Below are positions 1 to 10,072 of a stretch of 64,000 nucleotides of DNA, piece after piece. The position numbers and the translations under genes are program-made. Positions within the stretch are counted from its first letter, which is position 1, and every line of letters begins with the position of its first letter. Origin of the DNA: a virus; the IMG/VR virus record IMGVR_UViG_3300046352_000068, positions 4,256 to 68,255 of that record. The stretch is one strand, 5' to 3'. Below the pieces are notes generated by a model that was given only the letters and a program-made list of their open reading frames with translations, was not told the origin of the DNA and did no database searches.

Positions 1-91
1 AATAGTACAATTCATCTTGAAAAAGTACAATACTATAATTAGGTAAAAAAAAGACCCAAGTCTTTTAGAACCTGGGCATAAACTTAATAGT

Positions 92-232
92 CTATTTCTT
101 TTTTGCTTTCGGGAACACACCTTTCTTCTCCATCTTCTCTACCTTCTTGCCCTCCATCTTCTCGTGTTTCATCTTAGCAGCCTTAGAAGCATACTTCTCC
201 TTGCCACCGTATTCTTTGATCATTTTTGCCAT
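92..232 (-). CDS. Small Lys/Met-rich protein (46 aa, MAKMIKEYGGKEKYASKAAKMKHEK...), not in the ORF track
   Basis: ATG at 232 to TAG at 92, read manually; TATATTTG box upstream; composition like the basic small proteins at 61-64 kb. Confidence 0.7.
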   Translation of the reverse strand: MAKMIKEYGGKEKYASKAAKMKHEKMEGKKVEKMEKKGVFPKAKKK

Positions 233-255
233 TGTTGTTTTTGTTTAGTGAAATG

Positions 256-263
256 CAAATATA
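256..263 (-). promoter_or_regulatory. Bacteroidetes-type -7 promoter box TATATTTG
   Basis: Exact TAnnTTTG match about 24 nt upstream of the ORF starting at 232. Confidence 0.6.
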
Positions 264-269
264 CGATTA

Positions 270-860
270 GAAAAATAGGGGTTGGGGGTAACACCCCCAT
301 CTCAGCCGACCGGCCCCTAAAAGGAAACGACCTGGATCGAGGTACGGGGGGTGCGAATTCGGAAAAAGTTCGTAGGATTTTTGGCTTTTCTTGCGGGCGG
401 GACACGGCGTGAACGCTCGGATATAATTTGGCTTATATAGCCCCGCGACGTTTAGATATTTGTCTAACTATCTAACCTTTCCGACTCGAAGCGTTTAGAC
501 GTTTGTCTAATTATCCCATTGCAAAGGATCTTTACTTTTAACATTATGTTAAATAGAATTTTTAGGCTCGTCTAAAAAAAGTTTTCGGAAAGACTCAAAA
601 AAAATTTAGCCACGTAGGCTTACTCTTTTACCCCCGCCTAATTCCTAACATTATGTTAAGTAGCCCCGATTTTTCCCCAAAATATCGCTAAAACGGCTAC
701 CAAAACTTCATTGCATTTTTTAAAGAACTTTCGCCATATTTGCCCCTATTCATTGCATTTTTCTAATAATCACAAAAAAGAATTCAACGAGTACTTGACA
801 CGGATGTGATTTTTTACATTACTTTGCATCAACAAAAACGCAATAACAATTTAAAAAAAT
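270..860. other. Divergent non-coding control region, possibly including the genome terminus or packaging site
   Basis: Lies between divergent arms; GC-rich G/C runs at 277-410; paired palindromes TTAGAy-n4-GTCTAA at 452-467 and 495-510; TAACATTATGTTAA at 539 and 646; TTCATTGCATTTTT twice near 707 and 749. Confidence 0.55.
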
Positions 861-866
861 AGTCTT

Positions 867-1151
867 ATGGAATTACACGGATTTAATCAAGATTTCATTT
901 GTGCATTAGAGGCACAAGGTTTGGCAAAATGTTTTGAGGCTTATTCTGAATATTGTTCGGGGTCTGATATTATGCAAATAGGCTTTAATCCTAATTCGGG
1001 TTACGTTTATATTGCCTTAGAAATGGAACCTATTTCAATTTGCTCTAATATGGGCCGAAGCGTTGAATACATGTATACTAATCTTTATGATGGCGAAGAG
1101 ATTTTCTTTGATACGTATGAAGAGGCCGTAAAATTTGATAATACTTTGTAA
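867..1151 (+). CDS. Early hypothetical protein
   Basis: First ORF of the + arm, downstream of promoter-like TTGACA...TTACTTTG (795-826). Confidence 0.75.
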   Translation: MELHGFNQDFICALEAQGLAKCFEAYSEYCSGSDIMQIGFNPNSGYVYIALEMEPISICSNMGRSVEYMYTNLYDGEEIFFDTYEEAVKFDNTL

Positions 1152-1304
1152 TATGAAAAACTTAATCAGAGTATTCCGGGTATTCAAAGAGGGCACAACG
1201 TCCGAATGGGTTACAATTTTAATCCCTGAAACGGATCTTTGCGACGTTTTATTGGAGCAAAAAATGAATAAGTATATCTATCTAGGTTATAAAATCAAAT
1301 CAAT

Positions 1305-2003
1305 ATGAAAAAGTTAATATCAAAAGGCACAAGTAACGCCAAAACAGCGAAAAACATTTTAGAGACTCATATTTTGTACATGAGCCCATATAACCAAAAT
1401 TCAAAAGGTAAAAATATTTGCCCTAAAGCCTCTAAAGGTTGTATTTTGGGCTGTTTGTTCACTGCCGGCCGCGGGGCATTCAATAGCATCCAGGAAGCCC
1501 GCAAAAAAAGAACTGAATTGTATTTAAATAATCGCGCGGAATTTTGCGAGCGTATTGTAAAGGAATTGCAATTACTTAACACTAAAGCCGAAAAGAAAGG
1601 GGCTAAAATTGCGATCCGTTTGAACGGAACAAGTGATTTGGACTTTATTGGTATCATTAAAAATCGAATGGATATTAATATCCTAGATGCATTCCCAAAC
1701 CTGGAATTTTACGATTATACAAAGATCCTAGGCAAGGTTGAAAAATACGCGGGAACAAGATATAAATTAACTTTCTCGCGGGCTGAAGATAACGAAGCCG
1801 AAGCGAAAAAAGCCCTAATGTATGGCGTTCCCGTATCGGTTGTGTTTCACCACAAATTAGACCTACCATCTACCTACCTGGGTGCACCCGTAATAGATGG
1901 CGATAAAGCGGACGATCTAATGCTGGACTCAGGTGCGGTGATCCTAGGACTTAAGGCAAAAGGCAGGGCTAAAAAAGATATCACAGGTTTCGTGGTAGCA
2001 TAA
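1305..2003 (+). CDS. GP88-like (radical-SAM-related) phage protein
   Basis: CPxAxxGCxxGC cluster, IRLNGTSD and FYDYTK motifs. Confidence 0.7.
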   Translation: MKKLISKGTSNAKTAKNILETHILYMSPYNQNSKGKNICPKASKGCILGCLFTAGRGAFNSIQEARKKRTELYLNNRAEFCERIVKELQLLNTKAEKKGAKIAIRLNGTSDLDFIGIIKNRMDINILDAFPNLEFYDYTKILGKVEKYAGTRYKLTFSRAEDNEAEAKKALMYGVPVSVVFHHKLDLPSTYLGAPVIDGDKADDLMLDSGAVILGLKAKGRAKKDITGFVVA

Positions 2004-2013
2004 ACAAAAAGAC

Positions 2014-2709
2014 ATGCAAAAGACATTCAAATTAAATTCATTAGGCGATAAATACCAGGTATTCATTAAGCCTAAAACAAAGTTAACCACCATTCAAACG
2101 GGTACGGAGGAAATAAATTTTTACTTTGGTCGGCCTGAATACATCCAGGCAGAAACGGAGTACCTCACAAATTTTCTAGAACATAGACTATGTATGAGCA
2201 TGGCAAACGAAATTAAATCTTATATTTTAAATAATATCTAGGATGGAATACAATACAGGATTTTATATGGATGGTACGCCATGGGCGATACCTTTGAAGG
2301 AAGTGAGATTAAAAAAGCAATGGACCAAAAAAAGCGTCACGTTATATATGGCTTTCGAGGACAACCAAACGCCTTATTGGATAGAGGTGACTGAATTAGG
2401 AGATAACAAAAGGTCTGTATTAATTACGGGATCAATCCTTCAGACCACCACATTATCGTTAACCGAATTTTTACGCAAATTTTCATCCTTAAAATTATCA
2501 TGGCACGCAAAATCATAAATCAAGGCGAGTATAGCCTCCACGTGGTGGCCTCAGAAGCTGGGGTAATCATTGTAAAAGTATTCAAGCGAGGCGATAAAGA
2601 CCTGATTGAATGCTCAATTTTCACCGAGCAAGGCGAAGCATTAACGGACTATATTAGCCAGTTCACCACCAAAACCGAGTCAATCACTCAATTTTTAAAT
2701 ACAATTTAA
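2014..2709 (+). CDS. Three tandem early hypothetical proteins (2014-2241, 2243-2518, 2500-2709)
   Basis: Tightly packed ORFs of 75, 91 and 69 aa. Confidence 0.6.
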
Positions 2710-2710
2710 G

Positions 2711-3175
2711 ATGGCAAACATTTGTTTTAACTACATTCAAGCCTTTGCACATCCTGAGGCACTTGATAAACTTCGCGATCACTTGATTAAAGACAAAGAT
2801 GTGGACATAGTGGACATTGGCGATCCGATCGATGGCGAACTAACATTCACCGTAGAGTCTAGATGGTCACCACCTGCGGAGTGGGTATGTGAACTAACTG
2901 AGAAGTTCTCAGGCGTTTTAATTGAATGCGAGTACGGGGAAATTGGCTCGGACATATGGGGTAAGTTTGGTTTTCGGGATGGTGTGTTATTGTTTACAAT
3001 GGAATTACCATACCTTGAAGGCAGGCACAAATCTATGGTGTGGAATGAGTTCCTTGAATGCGAGGTGTTACGTAGGCTAGATAGTGCGGATTCATTCGAG
3101 GGTTTTATTGAAGACTTTACTTTCTGCAGTGAAGAAGAAATAAACGAACTAAAAGAAATCTATTATGAGAATTAA
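2711..3175 (+). CDS. YubB/DUF1281-like ferredoxin-fold protein
   Basis: N-terminal NICFN and FTVESRWSPP...IECEYGE motifs. Confidence 0.6.
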   Translation: MANICFNYIQAFAHPEALDKLRDHLIKDKDVDIVDIGDPIDGELTFTVESRWSPPAEWVCELTEKFSGVLIECEYGEIGSDIWGKFGFRDGVLLFTMELPYLEGRHKSMVWNEFLECEVLRRLDSADSFEGFIEDFTFCSEEEINELKEIYYEN

Positions 3176-3305
3176 AATAGAGGCAATGTACCTAGACTGG
3201 TTGAACAATTTCATTACGCTGGATGCTTTCGCAGATTATTACGAGATCAGTAAGTTTAAAGCACTTAGAGTTATCAAAATCGGTAGACAATTAAATGGAT
3301 TTTAA
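3165..3305 (+). CDS. Small hypothetical protein (46 aa, MRIKIEAMYLDWLNNFIT...)
   Basis: Read manually; fills the gap between neighbours with short overlaps. Confidence 0.6.
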   Translation: MRIKIEAMYLDWLNNFITLDAFADYYEISKFKALRVIKIGRQLNGF

Positions 3306-3412
3306 CGAATGGGCAAAGTATTCGGGGATAGGGAGTACCTGCGAATACGACGATAGAACGATGCAGTTCATCGAGCAATACAATAACGCAACATTTCAAA
3401 CTTACATGGACA

Positions 3413-3652
3413 ATGAAAGAAAGAACAGAGCAATTCAGAGAGCTGATCAGATCAGGGCTCAAAGGGGGGAGATTTTATCTGCCAACAGCAAGCGGTCGAA
3501 CAGTACAGTTCCAGTTCACCAGGGACGCGATCACCAAGAAGTTCATCCTAAAATGTTTCGATGGGCGGGACTGGTTGTGGACATCATACGACAATGTGTC
3601 CGCAAATTTACTAAGGGATTTTAACGAAATAATCGAGCAGTACAATGACTAA
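3413..3652 (+). CDS. Hypothetical protein
   Basis: 79 aa, coupled to the next ORF; overlaps alternative ORF 3295-3624. Confidence 0.5.
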   Translation: MKERTEQFRELIRSGLKGGRFYLPTASGRTVQFQFTRDAITKKFILKCFDGRDWLWTSYDNVSANLLRDFNEIIEQYND

Positions 3653-3971
3653 CATGAAAGAAGAGTTTTTAGAAGAAGTCAAAGGCAAAGAGGTTCTTTG
3701 CGTGGACTTGAAGTATGGATACAGCTGGGTTGATCCTGATGATAATGAGAGGCAAGCAGAGATTCAGTTAGTTGCGGCTTACTCACAAGAAGAGTATGAT
3801 AAGTTTTTAGAAAAGCTAAATTTTGAATACGATGATGGCTTCGGCTCGCAATTATTATCAGGCATCATTTGGTACAAAGATGGTACTTGGTCTGAGCGTG
3901 GCGAGTACGATGGCTCAGAGTGGTGGGAACATAAGTCAAGGCCAAAATTTCCTCGTTACTTGTTGCCATGA
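3645..3971 (+). CDS. Acidic hypothetical phage protein
   Basis: 108 aa with YDDGFG...GIIWYKDGTWSERGEYDGSEWW motif. Confidence 0.75.
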   Translation: MTNMKEEFLEEVKGKEVLCVDLKYGYSWVDPDDNERQAEIQLVAAYSQEEYDKFLEKLNFEYDDGFGSQLLSGIIWYKDGTWSERGEYDGSEWWEHKSRPKFPRYLLP

Positions 3972-4251
3972 AAACTAAAACAATAATCATTATTTGGATT
4001 GTAACCATATTGGTTGCATTAATTGGACATATACTATGAACACACTACATTGGATTGCGATTGCATTGTTTGTGATGGCATTAGTTTCAGGCTTGTTATT
4101 ATTTATTGAGGCCACGTTTTTATTATTCACCACTGGCGTGCTGGTATTAGCCATCGCCACTTATGTTAAAGATCGTGCAGAATCAAGGGACTAAAGCGAC
4201 TATCCTACTGGTAGGTATCGCAGTATTATTAATCTTATTTTTTATTATAGT

Positions 4252-4587
4252 ATGATAATATCAGACGTAGAAAAAATCGATAGAATCGCTAGGCGAATTT
4301 GTTATCGGCATCGTATCCGCAAGAGGGATATGTTTTTAAACACGAAGGCTTTCCCGATCGTATCGGCCAGGCATCATTTTTACACGCTATGTGATATGGA
4401 GGGCATAGCGATTTGGGAGATACAGCGGTACTGCGAGCGGTACGGGTATCCGATCGACCATGCGAGTGTGTTGTATGGTATCACTAAGATGAAGGAATTT
4501 GAAAAGAATCAGACTGGCACTAAGAATTTGGTGACGGCTAAATCAAAACAAGAACTAGCAAGAGAACGCGATGGAAGAAAAATTTAA
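4252..4587 (+). CDS. DnaA C-terminal-like helix-turn-helix protein
   Basis: IVSARH...DHASVLYG resembles the DnaA domain IV signature (RDHTTVLHG). Confidence 0.6.
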   Translation: MIISDVEKIDRIARRICYRHRIRKRDMFLNTKAFPIVSARHHFYTLCDMEGIAIWEIQRYCERYGYPIDHASVLYGITKMKEFEKNQTGTKNLVTAKSKQELARERDGRKI

Positions 4588-4689
4588 CGTGGCAGAGATT
4601 GCCTTCAAACAATTTACGATCGGTGTCATCATCGGCATCACCGGCACATTGAGTGCATTACTATGTGCTTACATTTTAATTAGACTATC

Positions 4690-7257
4690 GTGATGGAAAA
4701 TAAAGAATTAGATTATTCTGGAGATTTAGGATTTATGAATCCACGCTGGGATTTAGAAGAAGTTGAAATTGATAGAGACACTATGGTGCTATATAACACA
4801 AGTCGTTATTGGTATGTCTTTTTTGACCCCGCAACAAAACGAGGTATTAATCAATATGGTAGAGTTGTCCTAGAAGATGCTACGGAATACTTAATATCGA
4901 GAGGCTTGATGGATACAAACTATAATCAAATTAAATACTTTGAAGAATAATGCAAAGGATATCTAGATCCCGAGAAGGATTCGAGGAATCCAACACGGTC
5001 TGCCCCTGGTGTGGGCACGAGCATGATGTGAATGTCTTACGTAAGATATTCGAACGCTCAAACAATGTGTGCACGATGCACACTACCTGCGATGAGTGTG
5101 ATAAGCGTGTGCGGTTGCAACGCCACAAGCTAGGTCATTTTACATTTTACAAATACATTGACTATAAAAAAAGACGTTTAATTAAATCTGGTCATGTGCC
5201 AGTACTACGCAATGGGACGCAAGATTACGCCTGATGGACTATTGTCCAAGACACGCAGACACCTTCGACAGAGAGGGTTGCGGTACGCAAGTGTGGTAGG
5301 TGGTAAGAATCTATTGGTGCTTAAAGCATCAGGCGATTATCATTACCTACTCATCCAATTCGATGCTCTACCTGAGCACTGGTTGGAGCAACAACGCTAC
5401 TTTAACATTAAGATAGCTAGTGCTTTAAATTACGAGCAATTAACTAACGCAATAGACAGATATTTAGTATGAAAGCAACAGAATTAAGAATTGGAAATTT
5501 TGTAGAATTTGAAAATGAAGTTTTTAGGATGCACATTATTTCAGAATCTTATCCAGTATTAGACACGGATTTATTCGGAGCTTATGTAGTTGAATGGGAT
5601 AAACTTTACCCTATACCTTTAACCGAAGAATGGTTGGAGAAATTAGGATTCTGGTCAAAGTATAAATCAAATCATTTGAAATGGTCATTTTATGGATTCG
5701 ACATAGATCAAGTTTCTGATGAAGATGAAAATGGAAATGAGATACCTCAAGAACAGATTTTTCATTATGCATATCAATATGAAATTAAATATGTGCATCA
5801 ACTTCAAAACCTTTATTTTGCTTTATTCGAAAAGGAATTAACTATTAATCTATGAAGATTATGATTATGTTGCTCGTGTGCCTGAGAGTGGGGCACGATC
5901 CGAAGCGGTCTGAACCTGAGGTGGTGACAGATGCATTTATGATGGACACTTTTGAGCCCATCACTGATTTTGAGAAGGTATATTTTGACGAACAAAAAGG
6001 ATTACAGCAATGGACGAGAATAAACTGTACACAGCCATAGAACATGCTATCATCAAATGGGTTATTGATGGTACCAGGACAGCAGGTTCGTTAACAAGAG
6101 AGATAATTTTAATAATAGAACAACAAGTCAAATGAAAAAGAAGAAGGGAGAACCAGAATTAGAAGTAAGTGGAGTATTGATTATCAAGACTAGCAAAGGA
6201 AATATCAGGCAGGTTATGCTTACTGAAAGAGAGGCTGATGCTGTATTATCGCTTGCCAGGGCAATGCACTCCGGACAACTTAGGGTTAGTGAAAAAGTTT
6301 TAGAAGGTATAACATTTTAAACAACAAGACAATGACAATACAACAATGGCTTAAAGATGTTTACTATGATGAGTATGGACAATACTTGTGGTCTAAACAA
6401 TCATCAGATGGTGGTAGTCAAATGATTGCTGAGATAAGAGGTTGGGGTGCTATACAGAACTCATTCCCTTATCAGGAACAAGCTACTAAATTCCAAGATG
6501 AAGTGGGTAAGTTTATTGCTGATGCTATCAATGAGAAGATTGATAAGTCACATATTGTACAAAAAGTTGTATCAGAAACATTAGAACAGTTGTTGCCACA
6601 AACAGCAGCTGGTCAATGGGTTAAGTTTGACTTCTATGACCTAAGTACACGACCAATAAAATCTGGTAAGTATCTAGTATGCAGAAAGGATGGTAACATA
6701 CATTGGGAAACATGGAATACATCAGGATGGGCATACAATCACAATTCAATCACGCACTGGGCAGTGATTAAATCACCTAAACAAGAAGAAAATGACTAAT
6801 GAACCAATAATTAGAGTCAATATGTCAGAAGATACATTTGATTTTCTTAATATATCTTCTTCAGTAATTTATATAAACGAAGAGAGATACTTTCAACCAG
6901 CACCAGTTTGGTATAAATCTACAGATGTGCCTGGTGAGTTTGAAGTATTTTTGGAAAATCCACTCAACCAAAAAGACAATGCCTGAATTTACAGCAGAGG
7001 TAGAAATATCTGAATGGGAGTATGTGCGGGAGTGCACAGACTCTGAAGTCTCAAGACTAATCAAAGAGATATATAGTCAACACGAAGAAGTATGGGAGTA
7101 TGAGTTAAATAAATATAAGGCAGAGTTCAAAGCTCCCGACACTAGCTCTATTGCTACCACAGAATTCTTTGAGGCAATGCAAAAGATTAGCAATAACTAT
7201 TTAAGATTATCATTTGAACAAGAGGAAATCATTTTAAATTTATCTAAATCATTATGA
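4690..7257 (+). CDS. Array of about 10 small accessory ORFs (4690, 4950 Zn-ribbon, 5194, 5469, 5852, 6010, 6132, 6332, 6792, ~6979)
   Basis: Overlapping start/stop junctions; CPWC...CDEC in 4950-5234; PIPLTEEWL in 5469-5855; DUF551-like C-terminus (GKYLV...ITHW) in 6332-6799. Confidence 0.6.
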
Positions 7258-7562
7258 CACAAGAACAATTCAACGAGGCGTACGATACGCTATACAACCA
7301 TGCAATGTCTATACGAAAGGCAAAGCAACCTGAGTACACGCTAGAAAATGCAGATATTCTGCACAACTTTAAAGAGTCAGCCAAGCGTGCTGGTGTCACT
7401 CCATTACAAGTGTGGTCAATCTTTTTTGATAAGCAATTGAGTTCAGTCCAAGCACACATTAAGAATCCTGATCTAAAACCTGCTGAACCTTTGTCATCAA
7501 GATTTGCAGATTTGTATAATTATTTATTGCTTGGCTATTGTTTATTCCAAGAAAAAAATTAA
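7254..7562 (+). CDS. Nucleotide-modification-associated (DUF1599-like) helical protein
   Basis: K..EY...NF...DK...DLYNYLLL pattern. Confidence 0.55.
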   Translation: MTQEQFNEAYDTLYNHAMSIRKAKQPEYTLENADILHNFKESAKRAGVTPLQVWSIFFDKQLSSVQAHIKNPDLKPAEPLSSRFADLYNYLLLGYCLFQEKN

Positions 7563-7592
7563 ATTTGTGCATCATTTTAATCAAATAATATA

Positions 7593-8177
7593 ATGGAAAA
7601 AACGAAATCAGTATTCGAGGTATTGTCCTCGATTAATCTATCGTCTAAGGTAGAGAAGCGTGGGAATCTATCCTACATTAGCTGGGCAAACGCCTGGAGT
7701 GCAGTTAAACAACACTATCCTGAAGTTCAAAGAACAGTTTTTGAGACAGTGGATGGAGTTAATTATTTCACTGACGGGAGTTCAGCTTGGGTAAAAGTTG
7801 GCATCACTATTAATAACATAGAGCACATTGAGACATTGCCGGTTATGGATATGCGTAACGCATCTATACCAGTCGAAAGTATCACGTCATTTCAGGTGAA
7901 TAAATCTATTCAAAGATGTACAGTGAAAGCGTTAGCTCTACATGGCTTAGCTTTAAACATTTATTTCAAGGAGGAATTTCAAGATGACCCTAAGCCTATT
8001 GTGGCCAAATCTAATGACAAGGTAGTGTTAGTGGTCGGTGACAAAAACTGGGAGAAAGTAGTCAACTATGTTGTCGATAATATAGGGCTCAAGTCTGAGG
8101 ATGTATTTAAGAACCTATCCAAGAAGTATGAGTTATCAGATCAGGTAAAGTCAGCAATCAATAAACTTAAGAAGTAA
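7593..8177 (+). CDS. Sak/Rad52-like single-strand annealing protein (DUF1071)
   Basis: LSYISWANAW, LPVMDMRN, NKSIQRCTVKALALHGL motifs. Confidence 0.85.
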   Translation: MEKTKSVFEVLSSINLSSKVEKRGNLSYISWANAWSAVKQHYPEVQRTVFETVDGVNYFTDGSSAWVKVGITINNIEHIETLPVMDMRNASIPVESITSFQVNKSIQRCTVKALALHGLALNIYFKEEFQDDPKPIVAKSNDKVVLVVGDKNWEKVVNYVVDNIGLKSEDVFKNLSKKYELSDQVKSAINKLKK

Positions 8178-8590
8178 TGGAGACTATATTTAAAGAAGGT
8201 GATAGAGTATTCTGCTATAATCTTGGGGGTTGGGGTGAGGTAATTAAAATATTTAATGATGATAATCCTTTCCCTATTTATTGTTCTTTTGACTCAGGAA
8301 ACAGCAATTTTACTAAAGAAGGCAGGTTTTATATGGATGGTCCACCAATATTATCCTTCACCGAATATACCCTCGAAGGATTCAGCCAAGAGCGACCTGA
8401 GCCATTGCCTAAGAAAGGTCAGATTGTTTGGGTAAGAGATTGGGAAGGGCAAAGTTGGTTTATTGCTCATTATGTTCAAAAATCAAAGGGTGGATATTAT
8501 GTAACACATAGAGACCCTCTTAGTATACATTTGAATGGAAGTACTTATAGATATTTAACAACCAAAAACCCATACGCAAATGAGCAATAA
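8177..8590 (+). CDS. Hypothetical protein
   Basis: 137 aa, FKEGDRV...LSFTEYTLEGFSQERP. Confidence 0.7.
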   Translation: METIFKEGDRVFCYNLGGWGEVIKIFNDDNPFPIYCSFDSGNSNFTKEGRFYMDGPPILSFTEYTLEGFSQERPEPLPKKGQIVWVRDWEGQSWFIAHYVQKSKGGYYVTHRDPLSIHLNGSTYRYLTTKNPYANEQ

Positions 8591-9314
8591 CATTTTAGAA
8601 ACATTGAAAAACGATTCAGAATACTATTCTGGAATTGGTAAGCAGTACCTATCTAACTCAGATATTGGTGCTCTATTGTACAACCCTACGCAGTATGGTG
8701 TGCCAAAAGAAAAGACTCCTGCTATGCTTGCAGGGTCTTACTTTCATACGTTCATCCTAGAGCCTGATAAGTTAAAGAACTTCATGGCAGTGGAGGCATC
8801 GACACGTACGACTAACTTGTACAAAGATGCGTTGGCCTCATCAGGTGCTGATATGTTATTACTTCAGAAAGAAGTTGATGATTGTGAACGCATGGCTAAG
8901 GCGTTGATGGGAAACCTCACGTTTTATGACATGATCCGTGACTCAGCTAATTCGTACGAGGTTCCGGCCATCGGTGAGATTGGTGGCATCCAATGGAAAG
9001 GTAAGTCAGACATTGTAGGAGATGAGATTCTTATTGACCTCAAGACCACGGCTAACCTTGATGACTTCAAGTTCTCTGCACGCAAGTATAACTACGATTC
9101 ACAGGCTTACATCTACAACCAGTTATTCGGTAAGCCTATGGTGTTTATTGCAGTAGAGAAAGATAGCTGTCGCACAGGCTTGTTTGAATGCTCAGATGAG
9201 TTCTTGGATCGTGGCAGGGAGAAGGTATACAAGGCTATCGATGTATGGCAAAAGTTCTTCGGGCCAAATGCGACCGATGATATTACTCAGTATTTTAAAT
9301 TAGAAACGTTATGA
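8580..9314 (+). CDS. RecE-like PD-(D/E)XK exonuclease (DUF3799)
   Basis: LSNS, GSYFHTFILEP, KGKSD...IDLKTT, YDSQAYIY. Confidence 0.85.
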   Translation: MSNNILETLKNDSEYYSGIGKQYLSNSDIGALLYNPTQYGVPKEKTPAMLAGSYFHTFILEPDKLKNFMAVEASTRTTNLYKDALASSGADMLLLQKEVDDCERMAKALMGNLTFYDMIRDSANSYEVPAIGEIGGIQWKGKSDIVGDEILIDLKTTANLDDFKFSARKYNYDSQAYIYNQLFGKPMVFIAVEKDSCRTGLFECSDEFLDRGREKVYKAIDVWQKFFGPNATDDITQYFKLETL

Positions 9315-9528
9315 AGCATAAAAAAACATATTCTGTCGTGTATAAAAAAACAGCATATTATATTGATGCAGATTATTGTATGGAAAATTATGAACATAAT
9401 AGGCTTTCATTTTTTACGGGGAAAGAAGATTATTTTGATATGACAATGAATCCATTAGTCGCCTCATTTCCATTAAACAAATCAGCGATTTATAGAGTAG
9501 TAAACAATTAAACAAACAATAAACAATT

Positions 9529-9843
9529 ATGGCACAATTATTTTCAGCATCATTAGATGTAAAAAAAATCACTAAATCTAAATTAGTGGAAGGCAAGAAA
9601 GGTACTTACGCAAATGTAACTATCTCGATTAATGACGAGGCAGACCAGTATGGCAATACTGCTAGTATCTATGAGTCTCAAACACAAGAAGAACGTGAGG
9701 CTAAAGCCCCTAAAGTTTACCTTGGCAATGCGAAGCTCGTATGGTCATCCGATGGTGGCTCTACGGCCAAGCAAAGTGGCTCTACGTCGAAGCCAGCTAC
9801 TGCACCAGAAGTGGTTGAGGATTCATTAGATCTCCCCTTCTGA
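9529..9843 (+). CDS. ssb: Single-stranded DNA-binding protein
   Basis: GKKGTY...DQYGN...YLGN core with acidic tail ending DLPF; follows annealase and exonuclease. Confidence 0.75.
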   Translation: MAQLFSASLDVKKITKSKLVEGKKGTYANVTISINDEADQYGNTASIYESQTQEEREAKAPKVYLGNAKLVWSSDGGSTAKQSGSTSKPATAPEVVEDSLDLPF

Positions 9844-9846
9844 TCC

Positions 9847-10060
9847 TAGGTGTACAAATGTACAAAGTAGAGGAACATTAGCTTATATATAATTTTATAT
9901 TTCTACATGAATTATTTTTTTCTAATATTCTCCTTTATTTTGTACATTTTGTACATTTAATCATAAAAAGAATATATAACTAACTAATAATAAGTAAGTT
10001 AGCTTATGCAAACTTTAAAAAACTTTCTACACTTTTAGGTGTACAATTGCAAACTTTAAT
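9847..10060. repeat. Putative replication origin
   Basis: TGTACA at 9851, 9859, 9941, 9950, 10040; imperfect inverted repeat 9851-9875 / 9928-9955 around an AT-rich core; lies between ssb and primase. Confidence 0.6.
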
Positions 10061-10072
10061 CTAATAAACGAG

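Noticed and set aside
164-412. ORFs 164-412 (+) and 220-405 (-)
   Set aside because: They cross the GC-rich control region and conflict with the better-supported 92-232 gene and its promoter.
527-554. Complete 28-bp dif site
   Set aside because: Only the XerD-like arm matches; the left arm does not resemble a XerC site, so it is reported as a half-site only.
3295-3624. Extensive dual-coding overlap with 3413-3652
   Set aside because: Most simply explained by read-through of a short gene into its neighbour; no evidence that both frames are selected.
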